A stretch of DNA of 64,000 nucleotides from an uncultured Hyphomicrobiales bacterium (GCA_903842455.1 CAIMLX010000266.1:648-64647); one strand, 5' to 3'; shown: positions 1-8,801, counted from the first letter of the stretch. A program made the numbers and translations. Notes: generated by a model from the sequence alone, not told the origin.

Positions 1-1
1 G

Positions 2-916
2 CCAGATACCTTTGCCGGCGCCAATGGCGGCCGCCGCGCCGAGGTTACGGACGATGCCAGCCAGATGTATTATCTGGCGCGTGCAATCGTTCGAGCCGAT
101 GGCCGTCTCGACCAGGCAGCATGGATCGCCTGCCTGCTCGACTGGGCGGCAAACTCTCCCAAAGCCGGCTTCATGGGGCCAACGACACTGGCGATTGTCA
201 GCGCGTTGCGCGAAGGCAAGCCACTTGATGGCGTCGGCGTCGTCGGTACATCCAAACGCAAACTGCCGACGCTTGGCACGACCAACGGCGCTGCGATGCG
301 CGTTGCTCCGGCTGGTCTGGTCCATCCCGGCGATATAGTGGGCGCCACCAACCTGGCGCTCGTGACCTGCCTGCCGTCGCACGATACCGACGTGGCGATC
401 GCCTCGGCCTGCGCCGTCGCCGCGGGAGTCGCAGTGGCGATGACGGGTGCGGCTCTCGACGACGTGGTAAGGGCCTCTATCGAGGGCGGCGATCTCGGCG
501 CACAGCTTGCAGCCGAGCATGCGCGCGTGCCCCCGGGTCCGCGCTTTTCGACCAGGCTGAGCATGGCGCTGGAGATCGCCGGCCACGCCAATGGCGACCG
601 GGCCTTTCTCACCGAGCTCGAAGCCGCGATCGGCTCGGGCGTCCTGGCCTGCGAATCCGTCCCCGCCGCGATCGCGATCTTCGCCTATGCCAAGGGCGAT
701 CCCCTGCGGACGGTTGCGCTTTGCGCGAGCGCCGGCGGTGACACGGACACGCTCGCGACGATGGCTGGCGGGTTGAGCGGGGCCATGGCGGGCGCTGCGG
801 GGCTGCCGTCCTCGCTGCTGGCGGAATTCCTCGCCGTCAACGATCCTGAGTACGGATTCGATGAGTTGGCGGATGGACTGGCCCGGCTCGCGGAAAGGAA
901 TTCCAGCCGTGCCTGA
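2..916 (+). CDS. ADP-ribosylglycohydrolase (DraG/ARH) family protein, 5' end outside window
   Basis: Same frame as ORF 65..916. The frame stays open back to nt 2 (PDTFAGANGGRRAEVTDDASQM...), so the gene starts upstream of the window. It has a TDDxxQ-type N-terminal motif and a C-terminal GGDTDTLATMAGGLSGA motif typical of the family. Confidence 0.8.
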   Translation, partial: PDTFAGANGGRRAEVTDDASQMYYLARAIVRADGRLDQAAWIACLLDWAANSPKAGFMGPTTLAIVSALREGKPLDGVGVVGTSKRKLPTLGTTNGAAMRVAPAGLVHPGDIVGATNLALVTCLPSHDTDVAIASACAVAAGVAVAMTGAALDDVVRASIEGGDLGAQLAAEHARVPPGPRFSTRLSMALEIAGHANGDRAFLTELEAAIGSGVLACESVPAAIAIFAYAKGDPLRTVALCASAGGDTDTLATMAGGLSGAMAGAAGLPSSLLAEFLAVNDPEYGFDELADGLARLAERNSSRA

Positions 917-1859
917 AGGCGTTGGGGCGAACGAACGGTTTGATATGGTCGTCGTCGGCGACCCGGATCTCGATTACGTCTATGCGACCAGCCGCGTGCC
1001 ACTGGCGGACGAGAAGGTTCCCGGCCGCAAGCTAGGCGCTTTTCCGGGTGGCACGACCGCCAATGCCGCTTGTGCGGCGGCAAGGCTGGGGCTTCGGGTT
1101 GCGGCGTATGGGCGCGTCGGCGACGACGCGGACGGCCGCCTGCTGCTTGCGGCCAACGATCAGTTCGGCGTCTCCAATGCGTTCATGCGGGTCGTGGATT
1201 TCCCGACCGCCACAACGCTGATCATCGTCGACCAGTCAGGCGAGAAGGCACTCGTCTTTGCGCCAATGCCATTTCAGCCGCTGGACGAAGCAGAATTCCT
1301 GACGGTGGCAAGGCAGGCCCGGGTTGTCTACACGATGCCCCGAAACCTCGACGAACACCGCAGAATTGCGGCGCTGGCCCGAGCTGCCGGCGCCGAGGTT
1401 GCGATCGACATCGAGGCCGCGGTCGCGCCGACCCGCGCCCATCTCGAAGCCTTGCTGGGTAGCGCGGATATCGTGTTCATGAACGAGGGCGGCTTTCGGG
1501 CCACGTCCGCTGCCCCCCTCACCACCGAGGCCCTGCGCCCCCTGCTGGCCTTCGGTCCTCGCGTCGTCGCTGTCACCCTCGGCGCCAGAGGGGCAATCGC
1601 GGTGACGCGGGACAGCGAGGCGCAGCAGCCAGGCTTCCCAGTGGAGATGCGGGACTCGACCGGGGCGGGCGATTGTTTCAACGCCGCCTTTCTCGCGGCC
1701 GACCGGCGTGGCGACGAGATCGCCCAGTCGATCCGGTTTGCATGCGCGGCGGCGGCCATATCCGTTGGCGCCGTCGGTGCGCGGTCAGGGCTGCCCTCAC
1801 AGGAAGACGTGCTTTTATTTGTTGAAAGTGCCGCGAGTGGCGGCAAGTTCGAACGCTAA
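909..1859 (+). CDS. PfkB/ribokinase-family carbohydrate or nucleoside kinase
   Basis: ORF 861..1859 carries VVVGDPDLDYVY, GGTTANAA and the C-terminal DSTGAGDCFNAAFLAA motif of PfkB kinases. The start is uncertain: GTG 909 overlaps the upstream TGA at 914-916 and is preceded by GGAAAGGAA; ATG 945 is the alternative. Confidence 0.85.
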   Translation: MPEGVGANERFDMVVVGDPDLDYVYATSRVPLADEKVPGRKLGAFPGGTTANAACAAARLGLRVAAYGRVGDDADGRLLLAANDQFGVSNAFMRVVDFPTATTLIIVDQSGEKALVFAPMPFQPLDEAEFLTVARQARVVYTMPRNLDEHRRIAALARAAGAEVAIDIEAAVAPTRAHLEALLGSADIVFMNEGGFRATSAAPLTTEALRPLLAFGPRVVAVTLGARGAIAVTRDSEAQQPGFPVEMRDSTGAGDCFNAAFLAADRRGDEIAQSIRFACAAAAISVGAVGARSGLPSQEDVLLFVESAASGGKFER

Positions 1860-1887
1860 GCGCCTGATCGGCCCGCGCATCCGCCGT

Positions 1888-2400
1888 TCACCGCTTGTCA
1901 GTCCGGCTTACCTGCATCGGCAGCTTGCCACCTGGCTGCCCCGTCAGCCCTAGCGCTATTCCGATGGCACGCTTCTCACGGGTCGCCTCGGTCTTGGCCG
2001 AGCCGACGAAATGAGCCAGCCCGCGCTGCTTGCCCGGCGTCAGCGCGTCCCAGGCCTGCTGCGCCGCCTTATCGTCAAACAGGGCGCCAAGCAGTTCCTC
2101 AGGAACGTCGACGCCGTCCTGGTCGGCAATGTTGAAGCGCAGCTCGACCGGCATGCCGACCTTGAGACCCATGGCCTTGAGCCGTGCCGAGCCGATGATC
2201 AGGTGATGGCCGCGCGACGACGGAGTGAACGCGCCGGAAAACGGGTAGTCGTTCATTTCACCTTCGACGCGCAGCCGCGGATGAACAGCGAGCGGCAGCT
2301 GGGCAGCGATCTCGGCCGGCAGGTAGATTACGGAATAAAGATACCTTTCATAGTCGAGGGTATCGACCACCCCCTCGAACCCGAAGGAATAAAAACTCAT
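1888..2400 (-). CDS. DUF1905 plus YdeI/OmpD-associated domain protein
   Basis: 170-aa ORF. The N-terminal half (VIYLPAEIAAQL...RLRVEGEMNDYPF) looks like DUF1905 and the C-terminal half (AWDALTPGKQRGLAHFVGSAKTEATREKR) like the YdeI family. It lies 15 nt downstream of the sigma gene on the same strand. Confidence 0.75.
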   Translation of the reverse strand: MSFYSFGFEGVVDTLDYERYLYSVIYLPAEIAAQLPLAVHPRLRVEGEMNDYPFSGAFTPSSRGHHLIIGSARLKAMGLKVGMPVELRFNIADQDGVDVPEELLGALFDDKAAQQAWDALTPGKQRGLAHFVGSAKTEATREKRAIGIALGLTGQPGGKLPMQVSRTDKR

Positions 2401-2415
2401 CGCCTGTCCCGTTGC

Positions 2416-3654
2416 TCAACCGGTCTGTTGCGTTGACTTGCCGATGAGATATGCGCGCACAGCCCCATCCTCCGTCAAGCCGATGGCCCGCCTGAAAGCC
2501 GATGCAGTGGCTTGTTGGTCGGTGCCCAACTGCTGCAGCAGTCGCGCCTTGAGCGCCCAGAACGGCTGATAGTCCATCGTCGCCGCTTCGGGCAGCTGCG
2601 CCAGTTCACGAAGGCCAGTTTCGGGGCCATGCACCTCAGCCGTGGCCGCAGCCAGCCCCACCAGATTGCCGATCGTGGGTGCCCTCTGCGCCAATAGCTC
2701 ATGCAGCGTCCACGTTGGCAGGCGCAAATCCGCGCCTGTCAGGCACGATTGCACCAGCACTGATTGGATTGCCGCTTCCAGCTGGAAGCGCCCCGGCTGC
2801 TTGAGCCCGCCGGCCTTCCGCAGTTTCTCCACGGCCTCGCGTGCCATTTGCAGATCCCAGAGCGCCGTATCCTGCTCGGCCAAGGGCACATAGCGGCCAT
2901 CCACCCGTCGCGCGGCGCGGCGGCTCTCGCAAAACAGCATCAGCGCCAGCAGCCCCAGCGCCTCGGCGTCCTCTGGCCGGAGCTCCACCAGCACCCGAGC
3001 CAGCCAGATCGCCTCCTCGGTCAGCCCCTTGCGCGTCTGGTCGTCGTTGCCCGTGCTGTCCCAGCCCTGCCCGTAGGCGGCATAAATGGCTTCGAGCACA
3101 TTGCCCATGCGCTCGCCCAGCTCATCTTGTCCGGGCACTTCGATAGCGATGCCCGTGTCCTTGATGCGCGCCTTTGCCCGGCTCAACCGGCGCCCCATCG
3201 TATCGGGCGATACCAGGAACGATGAGGCGATACGCTCGGCCGTCAGCCCGAGCACGGTTTGCAGCATCAGCGGCGTGCGCGCGGCAGCATCGATCGCCGG
3301 ATGCCCGCACACGAACATCAGTTCCAGCCGCTTGTCGGCAATTGCGGGCATGTCCTCGGTTTCGGTCGGCGCCAGCACCACGAGGCCGCTGGCTATTTGT
3401 TCGCGCGTTTTCCGCGCCCGCGCGCCATTGCGCAGCCGGTTGCGCGCCGCCACCATCAGCCAGGCATCGGGGTTGGCTGGCACGCCTTTTGCGGGCCAGG
3501 TGTCGAGCGCCTGGGCAAAGGCCTCCGCGAGCGCATCTTCGGCCGCCGCCACGTCGCGCCAGGCTCGCGCGAGATACGCCAGGAGGCGCCCATAGGAGGT
3601 GCGGGCAGCGTTCTCCGCCGCCCGCCGGCCGTGTTCTTGCAGGCTGCCGTCCAT
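2416..3654 (-). CDS. ECF-type sigma-70 factor with long C-terminal TPR-like extension (ECF42-like)
   Basis: 412 aa. Region 2-like NPDAWLMVAARNRLRN and region 4 HTH LGLTAERIASSFLVSPDTMGRRLSRAKARIK are followed by a helical extension of about 220 aa. The gene sits 3 nt downstream of a YCII/DGPF gene. Confidence 0.85.
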   Translation of the reverse strand: MDGSLQEHGRRAAENAARTSYGRLLAYLARAWRDVAAAEDALAEAFAQALDTWPAKGVPANPDAWLMVAARNRLRNGARARKTREQIASGLVVLAPTETEDMPAIADKRLELMFVCGHPAIDAAARTPLMLQTVLGLTAERIASSFLVSPDTMGRRLSRAKARIKDTGIAIEVPGQDELGERMGNVLEAIYAAYGQGWDSTGNDDQTRKGLTEEAIWLARVLVELRPEDAEALGLLALMLFCESRRAARRVDGRYVPLAEQDTALWDLQMAREAVEKLRKAGGLKQPGRFQLEAAIQSVLVQSCLTGADLRLPTWTLHELLAQRAPTIGNLVGLAAATAEVHGPETGLRELAQLPEAATMDYQPFWALKARLLQQLGTDQQATASAFRRAIGLTEDGAVRAYLIGKSTQQTG

Positions 3655-3657
3655 CGC

Positions 3658-4023
3658 CTAGCCTTGATTGGACAGATCCAGCACAGGGCGCACTTCGACA
3701 GCCCCGTAGGTGGCCGCGGGGCAACGCGCCGCCCAGGACAGCGCAGCATCGAGGTCCGGTACCTCGATTACGACATAGCCGGCCAGCTGTTCCTTGGTAA
3801 CCGCTACTGGTCCGTCCTGTACCAGGCGGTTGCCGCCTTCGAGCCGGACCGAGGTTGCCGCCGAGGGGGGCAGAAGCGCGTCGCCTCTAAGCACGATGCC
3901 TGTCGGGTACAGCGCACCCATATAGGCGTTCCAGGCGTCCCAATAGGGTCCGGCCCGTTCGGCGTTGTCGCGCTGGGCGGCGACTTGGGCCTCGTTCTCA
4001 TAAAACATCAGCATGTGCTGCAT
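3658..4023 (-). CDS. YCII-related (DGPF) domain protein
   Basis: 121 aa with MLMFYENE..., VQDGPVAVTKEQLAGYVVIEV, DLDAALSWAARCP and GAVEVRPV, which matches the YCII/DGPF family pattern. Confidence 0.8.
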   Translation of the reverse strand: MQHMLMFYENEAQVAAQRDNAERAGPYWDAWNAYMGALYPTGIVLRGDALLPPSAATSVRLEGGNRLVQDGPVAVTKEQLAGYVVIEVPDLDAALSWAARCPAATYGAVEVRPVLDLSNQG

Positions 4024-4076
4024 TTTTGGGTCCCTATCCTTGGTTGCTGAGGCGGATCATCCGGCTCTGCAACACT

Positions 4077-4103
4077 GACACGGCTACAGCTGCCCATCGG
4101 ACA
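4077..4103 (-). promoter_or_regulatory. Candidate ECF-type promoter upstream of the YCII-sigma operon
   Basis: The minus strand reads TGTCCG-N15-CGTGTC about 55 nt upstream of the YCII ATG, with a GTC-containing -10-like element as in many ECF promoters. I cannot recall the ECF42 consensus exactly, so this is weak. Confidence 0.2.
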
Positions 4104-4249
4104 GAGCCTAAAACAATTTCCTGCAGACAGAACAGCCACCGGCGAACCAAGCGCTTAGGGCGACAGATGGAACGACTGACAGGGGGTCGTTATGTGCGGA
4201 TGTCGCCATGTCTCTGATCGGCCCAAAGTGCCAGGCGTCCTGGCTCCTG

Positions 4250-5911
4250 CTATTGGAGAGGTCGCAGTTCTCGCAACTGCCACCCATCCCAACGTGGATC
4301 GCGGTCAACAAACAGAGCGCGGCCGTCCGGCATGAACTGCAGGACCTGGACGTCCGAGATCTCCGCTTTCGCGCCGATACCGTCGCGCGGCCCCATAAGG
4401 CCGTTGCCGACCAGGACCGCGTCCCCGCCACCCGGCTCACTCTGCCAGAGCAAGAACCCGATCTCCTCATAGATCCGGCCATCGCCGTCGATGGCGAGCG
4501 GGAAATCAAGGCCTGACCCGATCGGCAGTTCTGCAACGACGTCGCCGCGTTCGAGCGATATCTCGAAGCCGGTCCAGTTGGTGGTGGGGTCGGGTCCGGT
4601 AGGGTCTGGTGTCGCCAGCAAATAGAGCTTGTCATTGGGCGAGCGGAGGACCGCGGCCTGCTTCATGCCCTCCAACTCGGCAACGCTGGTCAGTGTCCAG
4701 GCGTCGTTGACGCGGTCGGCGAGTACGAACGTTACGAAGTGGCGCTCCGTGCCCTCAATCCCGCCATTGTCCCAATGCTGGAAACTGACCAGGAAGCGAT
4801 CCGCCGAAAACACCGCCAGCGAACTGACTTCGAGCCGCATCGAGGGCTGGTGCCATTCCGCCGGGGCGCTGATCGGCAGGTCCTGCTCTGGTTCAGTCCC
4901 GAAAAAGAGCGCCGCGAACCGCGTTTCGCGGTGGTAGGACACAGAGGCAAACCAGAGCTTGCCCGAAGGATCGAACGCCGCCACCCGGGTGCGGTGGTCC
5001 GCGCCGCCGCTGCCGGTGTCGTTGCCATAGACACTGCCGAGGGCAACCTCATCGAGTTGCGCGAGCGTCACCAATTCGAGACTCTCGCGCGACGGCGCGA
5101 ACGGGGTCGTTTTGCGCGCCTCGTCCCAGCGGCCGACAAGGTGCGTCTTAAACACCTCTGCCATAGGTGAAAGGTCAGCTTCCAGCAGCACCCTGTAGCG
5201 TTCGAAATAGGCAGAGGCGTACGGCTGCATAGACTGCGGCGTAGGCTGGGCGACGTCGATCAACGCACAATCGGCATCGAGCGCTCCAAAATCCGGGATG
5301 CGATACCGGTACTGATCCGGAATGGTTTCGCCCATTGCCTCGACCAGTTCGAGATAGCGGCCTCGCCATCGCCGCATATCCTGATCATGGCGAGCCTGCT
5401 CGTTGAGGATCGCTACGGTGAGACGATCCGCGTAGTACTCCCGGCAGTTGACTGCATAGTCGTGTCGCTGCTGATGCGCAGGGTCGTAGCGGAATGTGAT
5501 CGCGTGTGCTGACTCGTGCGTGGCCAGCACGTACTGATTGTAGTGGGCAAGTTCGCGTGCTTCGTCTTCGGATGAAAAGAACGTCGCCGGGACGAAACTG
5601 CCGTCGGTCAGAACGTCGCTCCAGGTCTGCCAGTACGTGTCGACCTCACTGTCGGCGGGAACAGCACCGACGGTTATCTGGCGCTCCCAGGTATCGTAGA
5701 ACCAGAATGTCGTTGTGAAGGGGCCGACCTGCCATTCGATACCACGGTCCCAACTCAGGCCGGCATCCTCGTAGATGGCGATGATCTCCGGGATCATCTG
5801 CTCCATGCTTCCGGCGCGGATTGCATCGACAGGCGCGGAGGACGCAGGCCAGCAACCCAAGAGCAACACCGAGAACGCCGCCGCGATTCGCAAACGCATC
5901 GTCGCTACCAC
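4250..5911 (-). CDS. Hypothetical exported protein (possible lipoprotein) with HExxH motif
   Basis: 553-aa ORF with GC3-rich codon usage. The N-terminal signal peptide MRLRIAAAFSVLLLGC has a lipobox-like LLGC. A single HESAH (HExxH) lies at aa 132-136 (nt 5504-5518). The C-terminal half is beta-rich (DGDGRIYEE, FMPDGRALFVDRD). I recognise no family. ATG 5899 is an alternative start. Confidence 0.7.
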   Translation of the reverse strand: MVATMRLRIAAAFSVLLLGCWPASSAPVDAIRAGSMEQMIPEIIAIYEDAGLSWDRGIEWQVGPFTTTFWFYDTWERQITVGAVPADSEVDTYWQTWSDVLTDGSFVPATFFSSEDEARELAHYNQYVLATHESAHAITFRYDPAHQQRHDYAVNCREYYADRLTVAILNEQARHDQDMRRWRGRYLELVEAMGETIPDQYRYRIPDFGALDADCALIDVAQPTPQSMQPYASAYFERYRVLLEADLSPMAEVFKTHLVGRWDEARKTTPFAPSRESLELVTLAQLDEVALGSVYGNDTGSGGADHRTRVAAFDPSGKLWFASVSYHRETRFAALFFGTEPEQDLPISAPAEWHQPSMRLEVSSLAVFSADRFLVSFQHWDNGGIEGTERHFVTFVLADRVNDAWTLTSVAELEGMKQAAVLRSPNDKLYLLATPDPTGPDPTTNWTGFEISLERGDVVAELPIGSGLDFPLAIDGDGRIYEEIGFLLWQSEPGGGDAVLVGNGLMGPRDGIGAKAEISDVQVLQFMPDGRALFVDRDPRWDGWQLRELRPLQ

Positions 5912-6093
5912 CCCCTGAAGCTTGCCTGTTGTCGCACACCGGGAGGGCGGAGCAAGCCCATCCTGGTTGTCCTGGCTCGCGACCCGGGGGGTTCAACTGA
6001 CAAATGTCTGGGACTGCATGCGGCCCCCGGCTCCTGCGAGAGACTTTCGAACACGCGCTCGCAGCCCCGAGCCGCCGACGAGACCCTCTCTGC

Positions 6094-6945
6094 TTAGGCG
6101 CCGGTATCGCCCAGCTCCTCGTGGATGCCGGCGATGATCTCGCTGCGCTGCTCGGCGGACTTGCCGGCAATGGCGGCGTAGGTGACGGCCAGCAGGCGGA
6201 TGGCGCTAGCGATGGTGGTGTGCGATGGCCCGAGGCCGAAGCTCGAGACGTGGCAGGGCAGGACGACGCGGGAGAAACGCTGGGCCTCGACCGCGTAGTT
6301 TCGATCGGCGATGGTCACCACATTGAGCCGGCTGGCCTGCGCGTAGGCGAGGATCGGCGCGAGGATTGCCGGCCGCGGCGGCAGGGTGATCAGCAGCAGC
6401 GCGTCCTTGGGGCCGGTCATTGCCAGATCCTCGGCCCATGACCCCTGGTTGATACCGAGAATCATCACCGAGTGCCGCATGCGGGACAGCAACAGGCGGG
6501 CATAGCGCGCAAACCCCTCCTCGGCGCCAAGGCCGAGTACCCAGACGCGCGGGGCACTCTTGAGGGTTTCGGCGGCTTCGCGAACGCGATCGGAACGCAG
6601 TTCCTCGAAGGTCTTGGTGAGGTTGCGCAGTTCCAGTTCGAGATGGGTGCCAATGGCCTTGCCCAGCGCGATCTGCTCGGAGCCGGTGACCGACAGACCA
6701 TAAGGTTCGGAGCGGTTGCGCTCCTCGCGGGCCTGTTGCTTGACCTCGTTGAAATCGGCGTAGCCCAGGTGCTGGAAGAAGCGCGCCGCCGTGGCCTTGG
6801 ACACGCCGGCCATTTCGGCAATCTCGGTGGCCGAATGCGTGAGGATGTCGTCGTCACGGTCCAGCATCAGCTGGGCGAGCTTTTTCTCGCCGGCGGTCAG
6901 CCGGCTGAAACGGTCCTGGATTCGTAGCACCAAGCCTGACGCCAT
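6094..6945 (-). CDS. RpiR/MurR-family transcriptional regulator (HTH + SIS domain)
   Basis: Start taken at ATG 6945 (MASGLVLRIQDRFSRLTAGEKKLAQLMLD...). It has the HTH TEIAEMAGVSKATAARFFQHLGY and a SIS-like C-terminal half (VWVLGLGAEEGFA). The 42-codon upstream extension in the ORF track is rejected. Confidence 0.9.
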   Translation of the reverse strand: MASGLVLRIQDRFSRLTAGEKKLAQLMLDRDDDILTHSATEIAEMAGVSKATAARFFQHLGYADFNEVKQQAREERNRSEPYGLSVTGSEQIALGKAIGTHLELELRNLTKTFEELRSDRVREAAETLKSAPRVWVLGLGAEEGFARYARLLLSRMRHSVMILGINQGSWAEDLAMTGPKDALLLITLPPRPAILAPILAYAQASRLNVVTIADRNYAVEAQRFSRVVLPCHVSSFGLGPSHTTIASAIRLLAVTYAAIAGKSAEQRSEIIAGIHEELGDTGA

Positions 6946-7002
6946 CGGTCGATTCGTCACTCCTGCTCGCCGATAAAAAAGCTTATCAGCCCGCTTGCAA
7001 CA

Positions 7003-7039
7003 ATGAAACGACTGTTTCATGATCGTGAAACGGTGAAAC
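7003..7039. promoter_or_regulatory. TGAAAC repeat array, candidate RpiR operator
   Basis: ATGAAAC-GACT-GTTTCAT is a perfect inverted repeat (7003-7020). It is followed by two direct TGAAAC copies (7026-7031, 7034-7039), in the divergent RpiR/5-FCL-like intergenic region 20 nt before the GTG at 7059. Confidence 0.35.
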
Positions 7040-7058
7040 ACCAGCAAGGGCTGTCGTA

Positions 7059-7796
7059 GTGTCGACCTCACGGGTAGTACGGCAGAGGATCTGGGAAAAG
7101 CTGGCAGCTGTCGCCCGGCCCGACACGCGCTACCATCTCAATTTCGCCGAGGTCATTCCGGACTTCGAGGGCGCCGATGTGGCGACCTCGCATATCGAGT
7201 CGCTCCCCGCTTACCGAAACAGCACGCTGGCCTTCGTCACGCCCGACAACAGTCTGGTCAACCTGCGGCAGCGCATGCTCGAGGCGGGAAAGCCGTTCGT
7301 GGTTTCGACCTACAACATTCTCCGGGGCTTCCGGCTGATGGAAGCGGGGAGCGTGCCCAGGGGCCACGAGCGCTACGCCGCCTGGCTCGACGGGATCGAG
7401 CATTTCGGCAGGCCGGTCTCGCTTGAGGAGATCAGCCGCCTCGGCCGCTTCGATTTCATGGCCACCGGTGCCTCTGCGGTCTCCATCGACGGCATCCGCT
7501 TCGGCAAGGGGCACGGCTTTTTCGACCTCGAGTGGGGCATGTTCACCGATATCGGGCTTGCCGACGACAGCACGCCGGTGATCGCCGCGGTGCACGATGT
7601 GCAGGTGGTCGACGAGAAGCTGCCCGCCAGCGAGACGGACATCGTGGTCGACCTGATCGCCACACCCTCCCGGATGATCGAGGTGGCGCGGCAGGCCCGC
7701 CGGCCGCGCGGCATCAGGTGGGACCTCATCACGGCCGAACGGATCGCGGCGATTCCGCCGCTCAAGGAACTCGCGCGCATGCGCGGCATCGCGTGA
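7059..7796 (+). CDS. 5-formyltetrahydrofolate cyclo-ligase (COG0212) family protein, paralog A
   Basis: 245 aa with a GTG start. It has FVTPDN and the IRFGKGHGFFDLEWGM motif, matching the G-K-G-x-G-[YF]-[YF]-D signature of the 5-FCL family, plus a C-terminal extension of about 50 aa ending IPPLKEL. Confidence 0.75.
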   Translation: MSTSRVVRQRIWEKLAAVARPDTRYHLNFAEVIPDFEGADVATSHIESLPAYRNSTLAFVTPDNSLVNLRQRMLEAGKPFVVSTYNILRGFRLMEAGSVPRGHERYAAWLDGIEHFGRPVSLEEISRLGRFDFMATGASAVSIDGIRFGKGHGFFDLEWGMFTDIGLADDSTPVIAAVHDVQVVDEKLPASETDIVVDLIATPSRMIEVARQARRPRGIRWDLITAERIAAIPPLKELARMRGIA

Positions 7797-7822
7797 CCAT
7801 CATCATGACAGGAGTGCAAATC

Positions 7823-8797
7823 ATGACCCTCAGCCTCAACAGACGAACCTTCCTCGCCCTGACGGCCGCCGGAGCGGCACTGCCGCTGACCTCGCGGATG
7901 GCAATGGCCCAGGCCTTGCCCTTCACCTTCCAGGCCAGCTGGATCAACGATGCCGAGTTCGCCGGCTATTTTGCGGCACTCGACAAGGGCTTCTTCGCCG
8001 AAGAGGGGCTCGACGTGACCTACCTATCGGGTGGTCCCGACGTGATCCCGGAATCCTCGCTGATCGCCGGCAAGGCCGACCTGACGCTGACCACACCCGA
8101 CACCACCATCAAGGCCATTGTCGAGCAGGGCGCGCCGTTCAAGATCATCGGTGCGCAGTACCAGAAGAACCCGATCGGCATCGTCTCCCTCGCTTCCAAC
8201 CCCATCAACACGCCGCAGGATCTCGTCGGCAAGACCCTCGCCGTTCCGCCAGTCAACGTCATCTCGGTCGAGGCGATGCTGAAGATTTCGGGCGTCGACC
8301 GCGCTGCCGTCAACATCGTGCCCTACGCCTATGACCCGACGCCGCTGATCAAGGGCGAGATCGACGCCTCGCTCGATTTCACCACCAACGTGCCCTTCAC
8401 CATCAAGCAGGCGGGCGTCGATGCCACCTCGTTCCTGCTCTACGATTTCGGCTTCACCACCTTCAACGACACGGTGGTCGTGACGACCGATACCCTTTCG
8501 ACCAAGCGCAAGGAAATCGTCGCCTTCCTCCGCGCCTCGCGCAAGGGCTGGGACGAGAACTTCAAGGATCCCGCGGTCTATCCGCCCATGTTCGCCGACA
8601 CCTGGTTTAAGGGCACCGGACGGTCGATCGAAAACGAGGTCTACTTCAACACCGCGCAGAAGCCGCTGATGGAAGCCGAAGGCGGCATCTTCTCGATGAG
8701 CGAGGAGTCCATCGCCAAGAATATCGAGGCGCTGGCCGCGGTGGGGATTTCGGCGACGCGCGACATGTTCGACACCACGGTGCTCGAGGAGATCTGA
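7823..8797 (+). CDS. ABC transporter periplasmic substrate-binding protein, NMT1/THI5-like (NitT/TauT family)
   Basis: ATG 7823 is preceded by AGGAG (7810-7814). The twin-arginine signal is [27 protein letters not shown]. The mature part resembles SsuA/TauA/ThiY-type binding proteins. The upstream 97 codons of ORF 7532..8797 overlap the previous gene and are rejected. Confidence 0.9.
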   Translation: MTLSLNRRTFLALTAAGAALPLTSRMAMAQALPFTFQASWINDAEFAGYFAALDKGFFAEEGLDVTYLSGGPDVIPESSLIAGKADLTLTTPDTTIKAIVEQGAPFKIIGAQYQKNPIGIVSLASNPINTPQDLVGKTLAVPPVNVISVEAMLKISGVDRAAVNIVPYAYDPTPLIKGEIDASLDFTTNVPFTIKQAGVDATSFLLYDFGFTTFNDTVVVTTDTLSTKRKEIVAFLRASRKGWDENFKDPAVYPPMFADTWFKGTGRSIENEVYFNTAQKPLMEAEGGIFSMSEESIAKNIEALAAVGISATRDMFDTTVLEEI

Positions 8798-8801
8798 GAC
8801 C

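Noticed and set aside
6946-7058. TPP riboswitch upstream of the 5-FCL/ThiY-like transporter cluster
   Set aside because: I searched for the conserved CTGAGA...ACCTGATCTGGATAATGCCAGCG-type core and found nothing similar. The spacer is only 113 nt and is occupied by repeat operators.
7532-7822. N-terminal extensions of track ORFs (7532..7822 before the SBP; also 23281..23820 before ndk, 36446..36799 before rsmA, 43615..43803 before fabG, 52780..53034 before radA, 19170..19349 before glutaminase, 6946..7071 before RpiR)
   Set aside because: Family alignments, as recalled, begin at the internal Met chosen. The extensions overlap neighbouring genes or intergenic promoters, are Arg/Pro-rich, and lack an RBS.
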